NCBI GenBank assembly: GCA_043228905.1
Contig: JBHGNT010000017.1
Coordinates: 9,052,001-9,116,000, forward strand
From: Azolla caroliniana
Taxonomy: Eukaryota; Plantae; Polypodiophyta
Direction of reading: 5' to 3'
DNA: 64,000 nt
The notes below the pieces were generated by a model, which saw only the letters and a list, made by a program, of their open reading frames with translations, did not search any database and had not been told where the DNA came from. Positions 46,367-60,123 of this stretch are shown one piece after another. The first letter of the stretch is position 1. Each line of letters opens with the position of its first letter. The translations under genes and the position numbers were made by a program.

Positions 46367-49215
46367 ATAAGTGTTAACTTCCTCTCTTCCTCTCACACAC
46401 ATAAACACACATATCACTTAATCTTCCGCTTATCAACTAATCACATAATAAAGTACTAATTAACCCGTAGTTAATCACCTAATTCTTAACAGCTCGTCTT
46501 TGGCAACATTTTCTTGGCTCCTAGTGTCCTCATGATAGGAACATCCAATCCATCATACTCACTATCAAGTGAGTGAGCCGATTCGTTTCCATCTGGGTCT
46601 TCCCTTTATCCGTTTTCGGACTTGGCCGCAATATACTTGGGTTGCTTGGAGGCTCCTATGGTCCACTCAACCTGGTTGCGATTGGACTTTCCTCTATTGT
46701 GAGCCTTAGACGATCAACCTCCTCTGAGTTTATGTTGAAATTGGTTTCGATCAGATTGGATGGAATTGAGTTCAGGCTGTGTACTAGGATGCCCATTTGT
46801 TGAATACGACATCCCTACTCACTCGTACCTTCTTGGTAGAGGGATTGAAGCACTTGTACCCCACAAGGATACATTTCTCCGACTTAGGATTGAGCTTCTC
46901 CCGCTTCTCGTTGGGAATATGTACATGCAATCGAGCCGAATATCCTGACATGGGATAGATCCAGCTTCTTTCCATAGAACTTCTCGTGGGGGGTAATATC
47001 ATGCACTTTGGATGTTGTACAACAATTCATTATATAGATGCATGTGTTCGCCGCTTCAGTTGAGTACGATTTTTGCAAAAGTTTCTCATTCATCATTGCC
47101 CTTACCACCTCAAGTATGTGCTAGTTCTTTCATTCAGCTACTCCGTTCTGTTGAGATGTGTGTCGGCAAGTAAACTCCTGCCGGATTCCTTCTTGTCGAA
47201 GGTTTGATGGGAAGGCATCGGAGAAGTACTCTTTGCCACCGTCTAATCGAAGGCATCGATTGAGCATGCCGACCGGTTGCCTTTTCGACTTCGTTTTTAA
47301 ACTTTTGGAAGTGTGAGAACACTTCACTCTTTTGTCGCATAGATCTAAGTGTGCTTGGAGAAGTCGTTGATGAACGTGACATAGTACCGGCAATCACAGA
47401 ATGTTGCCGTTTGGGCTGGTCCCTATACGTTTAAATGTATTACATCTAGGGTTCCTTTGATGATGTTCCTCTCCTTTGTGAACAATTTTCGGTGTTGTTT
47501 ATGGAATTGGCAGGCTTCACATACTCCTGCAATTTCCTTCTCGGTAAAGGTCGGCAGTCCGATGATGACTCCTTTTGATTGCATTCCTTTGAGCTTCTAG
47601 AGATTAATGTGGCTGATTCGTTTGTGCCACATCTCTATGCCGGTGTTGGCGTTATGGCCCTTGGCAAACATTGCCGATTTCATCTTGTGAGAATCAAGGA
47701 TGAACATCCGACCTTCTCTTCAGCTGCGAGTGATAATTTGGCCTTCCTTTTCTATAAAGCATCATGCATCGTTGAACCAAACTTGCATGCCCTATTCCAC
47801 AATTTGGCCGACAGAGACCATATTCTTCATTATTCTCGGAACATGCAAGATGTTCTTGATGTAGGTTTGGTTGCCCTCTTCACCGAATGGGACATTTCGG
47901 ACATGCTGAATGGGGTGAATTGTGTCATCCCTAGTTTCAACATAGCCAGGTCATTCGGGCTTTCGTAGTTCTCGGAACCAATCTTTATGAGACGTCATGT
48001 GATTGGATGCATCCGAGTCGACAAACCATACATCTTCTGAGTTGGAGGTGCTATTGTGGCTGGAGGCCGTTATAGAGTTCACCCTATGCCACATTACGAA
48101 CATTTCACCACATTCTTCATAGTCAGAGTTTGAGGTGTAGTTAGTGATTTTTCGGCTTGTGAAGGCCGACTCACTCTTCTTTCTATGGCACTCTGCCTCG
48201 TAGTGTTCGAATTTTCCACAATACCCACTTTGGATGGAATTGTTTTGACGGCATGGTATGACAATATTGCTCCCCCTTCTACTAGATGCTCTACCTCGCG
48301 CGTTTGAAATGTCTTGCTGGTGGTAGAAGTTGTGTTCTTAGGGTTGTTCTTGGTTGTGTCGGCCTTGGCCTCTTCTTCCACGACCTTTCCCTCTTCCTTC
48401 ATCCGAACTCGTGTAGAGCATCTGTCTGTCTAATTCATTGCCTCTTGTTCGGATGTGTTTTTCTTCAACCAATAGCATCAACTAGAGATCGAAGGAGGGA
48501 GGATTCTCCCTCGTGAGGATTGCTAACCGTATGGCGTTGAACCGAGGTGCTAGGCCTCTGAGGCATATCTGCACCATTTCGTTGTCATCAATGTTGACAT
48601 TGATCGACTCGAGGGAGTCACATAACTCCTTGATCTTCAAGGTGTCGCTGCTGATTGACATATCCCTTTGTTGTATGTTGTTCAACTCTTGGCGGAGTTG
48701 AAGCTTCCATGCAGTTGTGTTGGTCGCAAATATCTTTTTGAGGTTCCCCCACGCCTCTTTTGGTGTTTTGGCCTCTTGGATATAGCCGAGCATGTGATCA
48801 TGAATGCACGATGCAAGGCAATACAACACACGACTCGTCGCTTGCTCCCAGGTTAGGTGGTCGGCATGCGCTAGGTTGGGTTGATTTTCTTGTGCTCCCT
48901 CGACATAGCTCCAAGATGCGTAGTTGTTTCTATCGAGTTTCTCGGTAGGAAGAGTGCTTCCCATTTGAGTATTCATATTGAAGTACTTCTTCTTCTCTAT
49001 GATGCAAATGATGCAAGTTGTTGCTACAGTGATCGGTTGGTTCTTCGTGAACGTGGGCTTAGGCACAACACATGTAGATGGACTTGGATCAAGCTACCAA
49101 GCGTTCTGATACCATGTAAAGAATCAGATATGATTTTGTGTAGCGGAAGAGATGTGTGTGTGTGTGTGTGGTCGAGATCGAGATCGAGAGAGAGAGAGAG
49201 AGAACAATGTATACA

Positions 49216-50400
49216 TGTTACCGACTAGGGTAAACACGGCCTACATGGAGAGTGTATACCGGTGTCGTAGTGTGAATCACACACTACGTGAAATACGTAA
49301 AATACTATATCCAATTTAAAGTACGTATAATAAATAAAATAAAATATTTAAAATATTTATTATGTGCATAGGGCAAGATTCAAACCCTATACCTCCACAT
49401 AAACAAACCTCAACCTTACCATTGTACTAACTTATCCTAAGTGTTCTAAATATAGATTTAATACGTATAAGACCTTTATTAAAAAGAAAGTCATGCATTT
49501 TTTTTGAATGCGTGAATACTTTATTTATAAGAAAAATGTACACCAATAAACAATGACTCGTGCACATCTAGCGAGCATGAGCACTATATTTAGGAAATAA
49601 AAGCATAGTGTAAAAAGGCAACTCATGCATATTTAGTGTGCATGAACACTTTAGAAAAAGCAAGAAGCTATGCTTAACCTCTTCCATCCTTATATAAGGA
49701 GGAGAGAAAGATGTATGGGGGGTTGTTGATTATTTTTACAAGGATTGATTAATAAAAAATAATTTTTTTTTCGTGGGATTCACGATTTTGCCATCTATTT
49801 CTCTCTTACATTCTAAGTATCAACTAATACACTATACTCGTGGGATTCACGAGTGTTTCATATCTTCCTTTCTTACCATATATTTCATATTCTTAATTAT
49901 CTTAGAATTTTCTTTTCTCCTAGTCCAAAACCTCGGTGGTTCCCACCCGATTCACGCAACGATCCAGAGCCGAAAGGCACGACACCGGTTATCACGGATG
50001 GTTGCGAGGGTAATACGTAGCGTGGCGTAAGATTAGGGGAAAAGGAATTAGGGAGAAGGCTACAACCGACCTCCTTCGTTCAATGCGTAACCTTTACACA
50101 GACACGCTTACACGATTTATCTTGCACAAAGAATACGCTAACGAAGATAACACAAAACACAACGATTCGGAACAAGACTATATTTCAAAGATTATCAAAA
50201 ACTAAGCTAGCTTTTACCAGTTTCCCATGCCCTTTATATATAGGGTCATGGTCGGTTACGCTTGGAGAGTGAACCGTTACAAGTATTAAAAAATGCTTCT
50301 TTGTAGACCTATGGCCTCATAATTACGCTACGACTGCTTCTGTCCCTATGCCTTCCTTTTCTTTTGCCTTTTCCCACTTGGCCGACTTAGGCGGCTAACA
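49216..50400. mobile_element. Solo LTR (~1185 bp) inserted in the 5' LTR of E
   Basis: TGTTA...TAACA termini; TSD ATACA/ATATA; absent from the sister LTR at 30027-30433. Confidence 0.8.
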
Positions 50401-51862
50401 ATATAGAAAACAAGAAAACTATATTAACAAGAAGAAAGTGTGAACCAACAGTTACAAAGAGGAGGAGACGGTGCTTATGTAGTCACCTTCTCTCTATGTT
50501 CTCTGACTACAACCACCACTTAGAAAGGAGGTAGAGACTTAACTACCTACTAAATATGTGTCATAGGACTTAACTTCAATGACACTTAGTTTATGATACA
50601 AGGAGGTGGGATGTTCACACACTTGGGTATTCCAAAGGTGTGTTTCCACACTAAGGAAGTTGAGTTTGATTCTCAAAAACATCTCCAGCTAATGTTCCAC
50701 GTCTCATTCTTGGAGCTTGTATTTCTAGTTCCGTTCTATATGGATGTAGGTTTTGCCTCCATGTCTTGTTTAACTTGTTGATGAACCAAAATTTGAAGTC
50801 AAAGTTGTTTTAAAGATAATGCCTAAAAACTTAGATATCCTTGCCAATTAGTTAGGCTATATGTGTAAGGTGTCTAAGTGTCAAACTTGGGAACCCATAC
50901 AAAATCTTTTAATGCCTCGAATCTCATATCAAAATTTAATTATTGAAATCTTGATCAAACAAGTCCCAATTTGTGCATCATGTTAGGTGAAACTCGTTGT
51001 CAAAGAAGGGGATGATATCATGAGCATATAAAATTTCATAGGTTTTAAGGGACTTGAACCCATACTCTCCTCAATGTACATCCTAAACTTTGATAGTTGC
51101 ATTATCATACGATCAACTGTTTTATGTTTAGGTTAACATGATTATGCACCCTACATTACAAATATACATCACATAATGTCATAGTTATGCACAATTGCCT
51201 AGTGGCAAGCATGTAACATAGCTTGGTGATGTCTATGTATAAGACTAGGAGTACTAAATACATGGAAGACCTAAATGTTGTCAAACTGTTCTCCTTTCAT
51301 GACACTCTTCCACATAACTTTGTACCTCTCATTCTTATTATAGTAAAATTTCTTTTATTTTATTCTCTTTTCTGAATCTTGTATTGGTTTTTGGTTTTCT
51401 CCCGTGACAAATAGCTACATGCCTATTAATAAGTGCTAACTAACCCAATGTGGATGCATCTAAATTACAAGATACACTTGGTTTACTTATCCTTACAAGT
51501 AAGCCAATATACTATAAAACTTCCCTAGGAGACTTGTCTTTGGGTTTGGGTAGTTGGGGAGAAACTTTGTTAAGTTTGAGTTGCTTCTATTTGATGCACT
51601 TGTTAAGCTAGGTCTTCATGTTTTTGTTCCTTTGTGGCACTCACTTTGTGCAAATCCCCAAGTAACCTTCATGCTTATGAATGCTTGCCATCTACCTTTA
51701 GAGCAGGTTTGCCACTTGGCTATCATGCATGCTTGCCACTTAATGATTGTGCAAGAGCAACAAAAGAAAAAAACATCACATAGGGTTTGAGTCAAACCCA
51801 CATTCACGCACAACATGCACTACTCCTCTTACCACACACAGTAGAAGACCATTTGAACAACA

Positions 51863-54800
51863 TGTTGAGTGACAAGCTCAACATTGGGTGTGTAACACGA
51901 TGTGTAACTAGTGCGTAGACTGGGTGCGTAAAAGAGTACGCATAATGTGGCCGTATCGGTGCGTAAACCGAAAGGCCATTAGTATGGTATTCCTTGTAAG
52001 GAATAATTTTGGGAGTTAGTGTAGTAGGCTTATTTATGAGCAGTCAAGTACTGTCAGTACTTGTGTCAGCCTGATAGTCAGGGCTTGTATAAAAGGCGCT
52101 CATTGAGCACGAAGTATGTATAGAGTGTCATTATTTTGAAATAGAACTGAGTTGTCAGCTTTCTCTCTCTCTCTCCCTCTCCATCTCCATCTCTGTGTTT
52201 TCTGTGTTTTACCATACTGTCGTTCTCTAACTGTGTACTTTGTGTTTCGCATACGCTTCCACACACGTATTTTTCTACATGGTATCAAAGCGCGAGGGTT
52301 GAAGTCCTCTGCAAACAATAGAAAAGCTTACGACAGAGACATAATTGTGTTGTTATTCTTGTTTTTCGGAAAGGATAAGACAACAACATGGACAGAGGAA
52401 TGGGAAGCTCGCTACCGACTGAGAAGCTCGATAGGAGCAACTATGCGTCTTGGTTGTACAAGATGCAACAGTACCTACTTGGCAATGGCTACTGGAGTTA
52501 TGTTGACGGAGCTAATGATGCTACACCCGATTCGACACACAGAGACTTTCCAGCTTGGGAACAAGCGGCAAGTAGAGTTCTCTACTACTTTGCATCCTGT
52601 GTGAGCAACCAACTATTGAGCTATATTTGTGATGCCAAGACGCCAAAGGACGTGTGGGCGAATCTCAAAAGGATTTTCACCACAAGCACAATGGCCAGGA
52701 AGCTGCAGCTCAGACACAAGCTCAGCAATGTCCGACATAAAGATCTGTTTGTGGCCGATTATACGGCCCAAATCAAGGAAATCTGTGACTCTCTCACCTC
52801 CGTCAACTTGAATGTCAAGGAAGATGAGATGGTGCAGGTTTGTCTTGGTGGGTTAGCGTCAAAGTTCGGAGCATTCCAAACGGCGGTCTGTACAAGGAAG
52901 AATACACCTTCGTTCTTTGAGCTTCAGTCAATGTTGCTTGTGGAGGAAAACCACGCGGGTGCGTTGACGAGTACGCATGCTGATGGCAATATGCTATACA
53001 CGGAGGAAGATAGGCCCCGTGGTCGTGGTGGACGAGGTGGAGCGATGCGTAATGGAGGTGGCCGAAAAGAGCAGAATGGACGACATAATCGAAATGCCGG
53101 AAGAAATTTCAAACCCTCTGGAAGCAGGGGGAGTCATGGCGGCGCTGGAAGTTGGCAAGATAAGGCCGCAAAGGAATGCTAGTACTGTGGGAAGAAAGGC
53201 CTCAGGGAGAGCGAGTGCTGGAAGAAGCAAGCCGATTCGGACAAAGCCGGATCGAGCGGAAGAGACGCAGGAAGGCGTCAAAAGTCGTACTATGCTGAGG
53301 ACTCTGAACAAGCCGGAAATGGATCGGGCCCTGCCTTCGTAATGAAGCACAAGGCCAATTCAATGGCCATAAACACCTCGAAATCGAGCGAGGTGTGGTA
53401 TGTTGATTCTGGAGCGTCAAATCATATGACGAGTCATGAGGAAAGGTTCTCGTACTTGAAGAAGCCGGAAAAGCAAGGAGTGGTCGAAACCGGAGATGAC
53501 ACTCCGCATACCATCGAACATCTCGATGAAGTTCCCCTCAGCCATGTTGGCCAGAAAGGGAAAATCTTGAACGTGCTACACGTCTCGACAATAACCAAGA
53601 ACCTTGTGTCGGTCGGACAGATTGTCGACCAAGGTATGCAAGTTCGATTCACGCATCTTGGTTGCTTCATAGAAGAGGAGGGCAAAGTAATTGTGCAAGG
53701 GCACCGTGAAGGGAGGATGTTTATCCTCGAAACCAACAATGTGGGCACCGCTATGATTGCAAAAGGGCAGAAGGTCGAGTCGGACATCGACCTACGACAT
53801 AAGCGGTTCGGCCATATTAACTTCCCGTGGCTTCGTGAAATGTAGATGAAGAACATTGTGTTCGGCTTGCCGAAATTTCGAGGCCGGAATGGCCAAGTCT
53901 GCGAACCCTAGCAGATGGGAAAACAACACTAACTTCCATTCCCCAATGAGCGTAATCGTAGTTGAAATCCACTGGATTTGATCCCTTCTAATGTGTGGGG
54001 TCTGGCACAGAACGTGAGTCTCGGTGGAAGCTGTTACTTTGTAACCTTCATCGACGATTTCACTAGGCACACATGGGCATGCACGATCGTGAGAGAAGTG
54101 CGAAGTCTTCGCATGTTTCCTACAGGTGAAGAGTCTTGCGGAAAGAGAAACAGGGCGTAAGATCAAATGCCTATGGTCCGATGGCGGGAAGGAATACTTC
54201 TCCGACCAGTTCACAAGTTACCTACAAAAGGAGGGAATTCGACGTGAATTCTCGTGTAGATATACACCGGAGCAGAACGGCGTAGCCAAGCGGAAGAATC
54301 GGACAATCGAAGAAGCGGCCAAGGCAATGCTTGAAGAGAAGCATATGCTGAAATTTTATTGGGCCGAAGCCGTAAGGACGACTGTCTACTTGCAAAATCG
54401 GACTTATGCTAATGGAGGAGTGTCGCCACATGAATTGTATTTCGGGAAGAAGCCGAACTTGACACACTTGAGGATTTTCAGTGGCATCGCGTATGTACAC
54501 GTACCAATGGAAAAGAGGAGGAAGTTGGATGCCAAAGCCGAAAAGTGCATCTTAGTCGGCTATCTAGACGAGCAAAAGGGGTATAAGTGTTATAACCCCC
54601 GAACAAAGGAAGTACGCATAAGCCGAGACGTCATGTTCGACGAGTCCGCGTCGTGGTACTTGCCTTCACCTCCAGTACCTCATGACTCCATTCCGATTTC
54701 TGAAGAAGATGTTAGTGAGGCTGACATGCCTCCACATGATGAGGACATCAGAGCTTTGAGAGAGAGTCCGATATCATTTCGGTTGAGTGGGTGAATGAGG

Positions 54801-56886
54801 GGTTGGACCGAAATGGCTAACCAAATGAAGAGACAACGAGTATTGAAGAATCAGCCGTGATGTCCCCGCGTAAAGAACTGAGGAGACAGTTTACGCACAA
54901 GGAGAAAGGGAAGAAAAAGATGTCGGAGTACAATTTTGACAATGTTGAGTCAGAACAGAGTGAGTCTGACTACGGGCAAACTGAAAAGGAACCTCTACGG
55001 AAGAGGTCGACATTAACCGAAAAGGTCGTGAAATTGGGTAATCACAAATTACGCCGATGTACCTGCCAGAAGAACCCCGTAAAGAGGTACGGGTATAATG
55101 AGTACATGGCACATCATTATGCGTAGATGACGCAAGTGGCGGAACTGCGTGAGCCAGAGAGTTATGCAGAAGCGGTGGAAGACGCAAACTGGCGTGCCGC
55201 AATGGAGGAAGAGATGCGCGCTTTGACTGATAATGAGACTTGGGACTGATGCATCGAAGCGTGTAAAACCGATCGGATGTAGGTGGGTGTATAAAGTGAA
55301 ATACAATACCGACGACTCAGTCAATTGATACAAGGCCCGTTTAGTTGCGAAAGGCTACATGCAGAAGCACAACATGAACTACGACGAGACCTTTGCGCCT
55401 GTTGCGAAGATGATTACTGTGCGGCTTCTGCTAGCCGTAGTTGCGGCAAAGGGGTGGCACTTACATAAGATGGATGTAAAGAACGCATTCCTACAAGGTG
55501 ATCTTGAGGAACAGGTGTACATGGTACAACCCCCCGGATTTCTATCCGAACAAAACACTTCGATATTTTGCCAGCTGAAGAAGTCACTCTACGGACTTAA
55601 GCAAGCCCCGCAAGCCTGGAACGCGAAGATTACGCAATAGTTGCGTAGGATGGAGTTTACGACTTCAAAATCAGACTATTCACTATTTGTTTAGCAAGGT
55701 CAATATGGACCGGTTAGCCTTCCACTATATGTTGATGATTGCTGACCTGGACGAAATTCGTCATGTAAGTGCGTACAAAGGATATTGCGATATGTCAGCG
55801 GTACGAAAGACTTGGCGTTGCCGTATCGGGTAAGCGTAGCCGAAAAAATGATTGGGCCGGAAACGCTAGTGATCATAGATCCACATCCAGATACACCTTC
55901 TCATTAGGAAGTGCAGGGATCACGTGGAGCAGTAAGAACAACCGACAGTAGCATTGTTGAGCATGGAGGCCGAATATCAAGGGGCGACTGTCGCTACGAG
56001 CGAAGTCCTTTGGTTGAAACGACTATTACGAGATCTGCATGTGGAGCTGTTCGATCCGAGGAAGATCTATTGCGATAACCTTAGTAGTATCCACCTTGCG
56101 AAAAACCCTGTATTCCATGCCCGGACCAAGCACATTGAGGTGCATTACCATTTTGTCCGTGAGCGGGTCCTTTCAGGTGAAGTCGAACTAGCATATGTTT
56201 CGACGGATCGGCAGGTTGCCGACATCTTCACCAAGCTCCTTGGTCTCGACAAGTTGCGGCATTTCTCGGGTGAGCTTGGGCTACGTCACCTCGACGCGCC
56301 AAACTTGAGGGGGAGAAAGGAAGAACAGGAACAAGAGAGTGAAAGGAGTGGAGGTGATCATTGTGGTGGAAGTGACCGCGATGCAGAGTCCGATGAAGAA
56401 TTCAATTTCAGGCCGGTTGAAAAAGCCGAAGAAGGAGCTGAGAATGGCCAAACAAACAGACAAGCCGAGTGAAAGGGTCGCGGCATGCAGAATCGAATAG
56501 GTCGAGGAGAGCGAGTAAGGTGTGAAGCTAGAAGAGGCCAGAGCGAAGATCTGGAAGAGTAGGTGGAACTTCAAGTTGAGCTTGAGGGGGAGTGTTGAGT
56601 GACAAGCTCAACATTGGGTGCGTAACACGGTGCGTAACCCAGTGTGTAGACTGGGTGCGTAAAACAGTACGCATAACGTGGCCATATCGGTGCATAAACC
56701 GAAAGGCCGTTAGTATGGTATTCCTCATAAGGAATAATTTTGGGAATTAGTGTAGTAGGCTCATTTATGAGTAGTCAAGTACTGTCAGTACTTGTGTCAG
56801 CCCAATAGTTAGGGCTTGTATAAAAGGTGGTCACTGAGCACGAAGTATGTACAAAGTGTCATTATTTTGAAATAGAACTTAGTTGT

Positions 56887-56922
<36 letters not shown>

Positions 56923-57016
56923 TCCATTTCTGCATTTTCTGCGTTTTACCAAACTATCGTTCTCTAACTATCTATTCTGTGTTTCGCATATGCTTCTGCA
57001 CACGTATTGTTCTACA
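51863..57016 (+). mobile_element. Ty1/copia element I, near full length and degenerate (LTRs 51863-52279, 56593-57016)
   Basis: PBS TGGTATCAAAGC 52280-52291; gag 52388-53182, PR 53342-53845, IN 54126-54794, RT 55359-55640 (partly deleted), RH 55954-56472; TSD CAACA/CAATG. Confidence 0.92.
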
Positions 57017-57289
57017 CAATGACATCAAGGAAAGAGGGACAATCAAAAGATTGTGAACCTAGGCTCAAATATACCTCCAAATGCTTAGTTGTGTTCCATC
57101 AAGGAAAGAGGAACAATCAATAGATTGTGAACATAAGCTCAAATCTACCTCCCAATCCTAAGTTGCCAATATCATTACAATCTATGCAAACATTAGTCTC
57201 CATGATGGAATGAGAACGGAAACTAGTAGACTCCTCCAACCAACCCAGGAATGATTGTGGCAAAAGCTCTTCCATCTCAAAACTAGTGT

Positions 57290-57908
57290 GGCCTACTTAT
57301 TAGGATATAATGGTGCATATGACAATGTGGAACGATTTAAGCAAATTGGTTAAGCATACGAACCAATCACAGATGCCACAAGAGTAGCGGCATTCAGATT
57401 AACACTCAATGACCAAGTGGGTATTTGGTTTTGAACCCTACTAGAAGAATCATTGACTAACTTCAGCTGCATCATTGAGGACTTGATGACAATTTGTCCC
57501 CTAAGAGGGAACAAATGGAACCCCATTGACCAATTGTTCTCACTCAAACACGAAAGAGAAGAAACTGTTAGAAACTACATACATTGCACCAAACGTTTGT
57601 GCAATTTGTGTGATCCCAGTGACAAGATGTTTGATTATAAATTCATGAGTGAGTTTATCAACGAGCTCTACGACGCAACTCTACAGAATTTCTTAATAGT
57701 TCCGATGTGCCAACCTTTTACGGAGGCATGTTTGGTGGTGATGGTGTTCAAGAACTCCAGGTGCCAACACAAGCACCTACAACCAAGTGTGAACAACTTG
57801 AACCCACACCAAAACCCAATCACTCACCCAATAAGAGTTGAAAAGATACAACAGTATGCAACAAAAGAAATTACATTAGATTCCCAACTTGCAATGGCCA
57901 TCATTTAG
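57290..57908 (+). pseudogene. Degenerate Ty3/gypsy gag-like relic
   Basis: Weak retrotrans_gag-like pattern (AFRLTLND...WF; LKHEREETVRNY; FINEL). Confidence 0.4.
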
Positions 57909-59065
57909 GGCAAGGATCCCCATACACCATAGGAGGCCCCAAAACTATAAATGGTGTAAAGCTTTTGTAATGCCCCACCGAAGAAAATGTTGTTAGGCCC
58001 CCAATGAGAGTTTTGTACAAGGACTAATAGTAGAACATCCTACGTCACCACCTAGAAAAAGCCCTTTGACCCACCTAAAATCCTACCTCAACAACAAACC
58101 TCCCTCACGTCAGAACTTGACTTGCAAAACTAGAGCTTGAACTAGGCAAAAGAACTCATGTTGGGGGGCGGGGGGAGCTTGACCTCCTATTATCACGAGA
58201 ACCCATATCCATATGCTTAATATATGATTGAACATGAGGTTCTCTCCCAACATTCATAAATAGATAAATCCTAAGTCAAGAGGATGATGAAGAAGAAGAA
58301 GACGAAGTAAGAGATGAGGAGAAGAAGAAGAATAAGAATGAGAGGAGACCAAGAAGTAGAAGCAAGTGAGGAGAAGAAGAAGAAAGAGAGAACTCCACCC
58401 TAAATAGCCCAACCCTAAGGCTAAATGGGCGACCCCCAATAAGGCCTTTCTCCCCCCTGTTTATAGAGGAAAGATGCGTCTCTTTTAGCATTCAATGCTT
58501 TTTATATTCCCTTGTCATAAAAAGCAAGGGGAACAAAATATTCCTTGATTCCCACTAGCAAAGACTTGAACATAATGGCAGGCCACTGATACATATTTAT
58601 TATTTGTTTATTTTTCATATTTATATTTCATGCAACCTCACTTTTTCACATTTTCCCACACTGGACACGCCACATCACAACAACGTTGTCACTAGTATCG
58701 CCTTAGTAGAGTTAGATTCTAGAACGGTTCCCTTTAAATGGTATTCTTTCCTCACTTTAAATATTGAGAGAGGGACATTTGTGCATGCTCGCTCGCATGT
58801 TCGTGCGCTCGTGTTGGTGTGCTTGTGTTCAGTGCACATTGCTCGGCATTCGTGTGTTCGTGCTTGGTGCTTGTGTTCGTCGCCAGGTGACCGTGTGCTT
58901 GTGATTAATGTTCGTCGCTCGACACCATTTTGCCCTCTTACAAGATTCTTACGTTTTCTTCTCCTTACCGGTGTTTGAGCTTATGAGTTACTCGAAGATT
59001 TTACCATTGTACTACCTTAACGTGGCTCTTAAGCCTTTTTCCATTAAGAGATTGCGTAAAAGGTA

Positions 59066-60110
59066 TGTTGCGGAATCTTGTATACAATAGACAAAGCCAT
59101 CTGAGTCGAACTATAGCAAATAGTTAGCTATACGTAGAGAATGGAGTACACACACTAAAAGAGCTTGAGATTGAGTTAGCAAAAAACAACAAAAATTCTA
59201 TTACAAAATTCTCAGTACATACAATGTGCTCATACAACATTTTTTATACAAGCCCATGATAGTGGGCTGACACAAGTATTGACCAATACTTTAATGCTCA
59301 CTTATGAGCTTTAACACTAAATAGCCTATAATATTCCTATTACTAAAATAGGAATGTAGGCCTTAACGCTTTGTCTGGTTCTAGTCGATCCGGCTTACGG
59401 CTTTTTCAGCCAGACCTTCAACCAATCCGGTTCAACCGATTTAGCTCTCAACTTCTTCAACTGACTCAGCCTTCCGGGCTTTAGCTAATTTAGCTCATGT
59501 TGAACTTGTCACTCAACACTCCCCATCAAGCTCAACTTGAGGTTCATTCTGTCTACTTTAGCCAATTCTTCACTTCGGCTCATCCTGCTATCTTGCCTCC
59601 TGGCCTGCGCTCCTCAACCCACCTAATCGGCTTGCCTACTCTTTATGCCTTCATCAACCTTCTTCCCGCCTCTTCGGCTTTGGCGCCCTTGATCCCTCGG
59701 CTCTCCCGCTTCAGCATTGGCTTCGGTTGCCTTCTCGCTTGTTCGGTGTTCTCCCAATTCGGCTTTATCCGGATTGTCTATGTCCGATTTGCTAGTCCAA
59801 TTGGCTCTCTCTTGCCTTTGGCTGGCTCTGGCTCTGGCTCGTCCACTCCACTACTCCCCATGTTGATGTGTCTTCCCCTAGCCGATTCGCTTCCATCTAT
59901 TCTTCTCTTATCGACTCTTTTAGCTATCTCCCTCAAGTGAAGCACGTCAAGATACTACAAACCAAACATCTCTAAGAAGTGTCGTAACTTGTCGAGGCCT
60001 AGGGGTTTGGTGAATATGCCTACCACTTGCCGATCGGTCCGAACATGTTTCAGTTCGACTTCACCACTGAGAATACGGTCACGCACAAAATGATAACGCA
60101 CTTCTATGTA
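59066..60110 (-). mobile_element. Copia element J 3' end (RNaseH end, 3' extension, 3' LTR 59066-59518)
   Basis: Minus-strand IEVRYHFVRDRILSGEVEL...FTKPLGLDKLRHF; LTR start TGTTGAGTGACAAG as in element I. Confidence 0.8.
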
Positions 60111-60123
60111 TGATGCTTGGTGA

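Larger units (their letters stand above)
32037..46491 (+). mobile_element. Ty1/copia element F, internally deleted (gag-PR-IN, no RT/RH); 5' LTR 32037-32486; 3' LTR split into 35562-35884 and 46367-46491
   Basis: TSD GCTTG/GCTCG; PBS TGGTATCAGAGC 32487-32498; degenerate ORFs 32683-35264; PPT TTGAGGGGGCG before 35562. Confidence 0.92.
30027..50678 (-). mobile_element. Ty1/copia element E (3' LTR 30027-30433; 5' LTR 49115-50678 containing a solo LTR), host of further nested insertions
   Basis: Matching LTRs; TSD ACATA/ACATC; PBS GTTCTGATACCA 49103-49114; gag 48482-49066, IN 46784-47393, RT/RH 30528-31900. Confidence 0.9.
29500..51409 (+). mobile_element. Old, degenerate Tcn1-like chromovirus (integrase 3' part, chromodomain relic, 3' LTR ~51018-51409), split by copia E
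   Basis: Joining 30026 to 50684 restores FHLDLPSHSHLQLMFHVSFLE (cf. FRLDLPPHMHLHPVFHVSLLE at 10140); TWEP relic near 50885; PPT AAAGAAGGGGATGA; LTR end CCCGTGACA. Confidence 0.7.

Noticed and set aside
57960-59065. Possible gypsy LTR beginning TGTAATGCCCC with GAA-rich tract
   Set aside because: No partner LTR, TSD or clear end identifiable in this window.
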